From Dicyema japonicum (taxonomy: Eukaryota; Animalia; Dicyemida): a DNA stretch of 64,000 nt. How positions within the stretch are numbered: the first letter of the stretch is position 1; each line of letters begins with the position of its first letter. Both the position numbers and the translations under genes were made by a program. Positions 62,991 to 64,000 of this stretch are shown in pieces. Location: NCBI GenBank assembly GCA_011109175.1, contig RDEW01000006.1:1386133-1450132 (forward strand). Reading direction: 5' to 3'. Under the pieces are notes generated by a model. The model was not told where the DNA came from, made no database searches, and saw nothing but the letters and a program-made list of their open reading frames with translations.

Positions 62991-63436
62991 TACTTAAATA
63001 TAGTCCTTCCTTATTGGCTGTCAGCACAGCAACATTGTTTTCTCTGAGTACTCCAAGGATAATAACATCAATCTCATCATACTCTTTGGGCTCAAACTCC
63101 ACAACACATATGTAGTTATTTAGCAACAAGACAGCATATTATTTAATACTAGAAACAAACCTCTTGCATTTAGAGACGTCTTACATAATAACGCTGCTCT
63201 TCTAAGAATACCTTCAGTAATTGGTCGCTTTGTCTCAGGCATTATAAGGGATTTTGGAGTTTTGGTAACATCCAGATACATACATCCTTCGTGTTTCTCT
63301 AGGACTTTTACAAACTCGCTACATATTTGCGTGTTATCGCAGACTTTGAATAATTCAAATCTAGTACTATACTTTCAAAAAAATCCCTGGCACAGACCCC
63401 CATGGAGTAGTTCCCCGACTGTTCGAACATACATCT

Positions 63437-64000
63437 TCAGGTCAGCAATAAAAAGGTGATTTGTACTGAAATACCCTCACAATGAACTGGTATTTGCTCA
63501 AACCGGTCATTAAGGCGGCGAATCATGCTCCAAACAGAGAAAAAGAGCAGCGGAGACATGCAATCCCCTGAAGGATCCCCCTCTTGAGTTTTACCTCCTA
63601 TCCGGTGCTTATAGTTTAGATGAATACTCCACTTATTCATCACAGCTACTACGAAGCTGATGAACCACACAGGCATACGCACAGTACCCAACTGATTAAC
63701 GGAAAGAATGCTATTTGCTTCTACAAAGCTCCAAACCTCATTAGCCACCAATTTGGTCATCAGTTTATACATGGTTGGAGTGCAGGTCATCGGTCGATAT
63801 CTGCAGCAGACTGAGGGTTTGTCCAGTTTTGGGATCAAATAAATTGTCTCACTGCAGGTCCAATCAGGAATCGTTTCCGGGTTAGTGATGCATTTCTGTA
63901 ATACACCACACATAGACTCGTGCAGTGAAGTGCATTTTTTGATAAAGAAATTACAAACTTTATCTACCCCGGTCGTTTTCCAATCAGGGAGACACCTCAC
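63437..64000 (-). mobile_element. R4/Dong-like RT fragment (runs off window)
   Basis: PDWKTTGVD, YLIPK, YRPMTCTPTMYKLMTK, NQLG, GDCMSPLLF; same family as 17095-17790. Confidence 0.82.

Noticed and set aside
1-64000. Ciliate-type or other non-standard genetic code
   Set aside because: Conserved genes end in TAA, TGA or TAG, and their in-frame stops are removed by tiny introns.

Overview
AT-rich eukaryotic genomic DNA, not prokaryotic, using the standard genetic code. Its host genes are compact and split by ultra-short spliceosomal introns of about 21-29 nt. These introns often have GTT/GTC donors and AAG acceptors, and at least two are GC-AG. Animal-type genes (TRPA1-like channel, SIX-class homeobox) combined with such introns best fit a highly reduced animal parasite such as a dicyemid mesozoan (inference). 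Recognisable genes: TRPA1-like (5' partial), SEC63, NXT1/2-like, RPS13, a LIV-1-type ZIP transporter, a divergent CK2-alpha, an ARF-like GTPase, a divergent SIX homeobox, a MOV10/Armitage-like helicase and a degenerate tRNA-Phe. More than half of the window is decayed, nested transposons: CRE-like, R4/Dong-like, RTE and 2A-bearing APE LINEs, hAT/Buster elements, a SINE-like family and a foldback element. The standout is a gene the ORF track misreads, at 43008-43867. It encodes a putative secreted protein with seven 18-aa His/Asn/Asp repeats and a small four-Cys C-terminal domain, and a broken paralogue lies at ~16760-17090. Scattered 1-nt frameshifts in essential genes suggest uncorrected indel errors, so gene boundaries are approximate.
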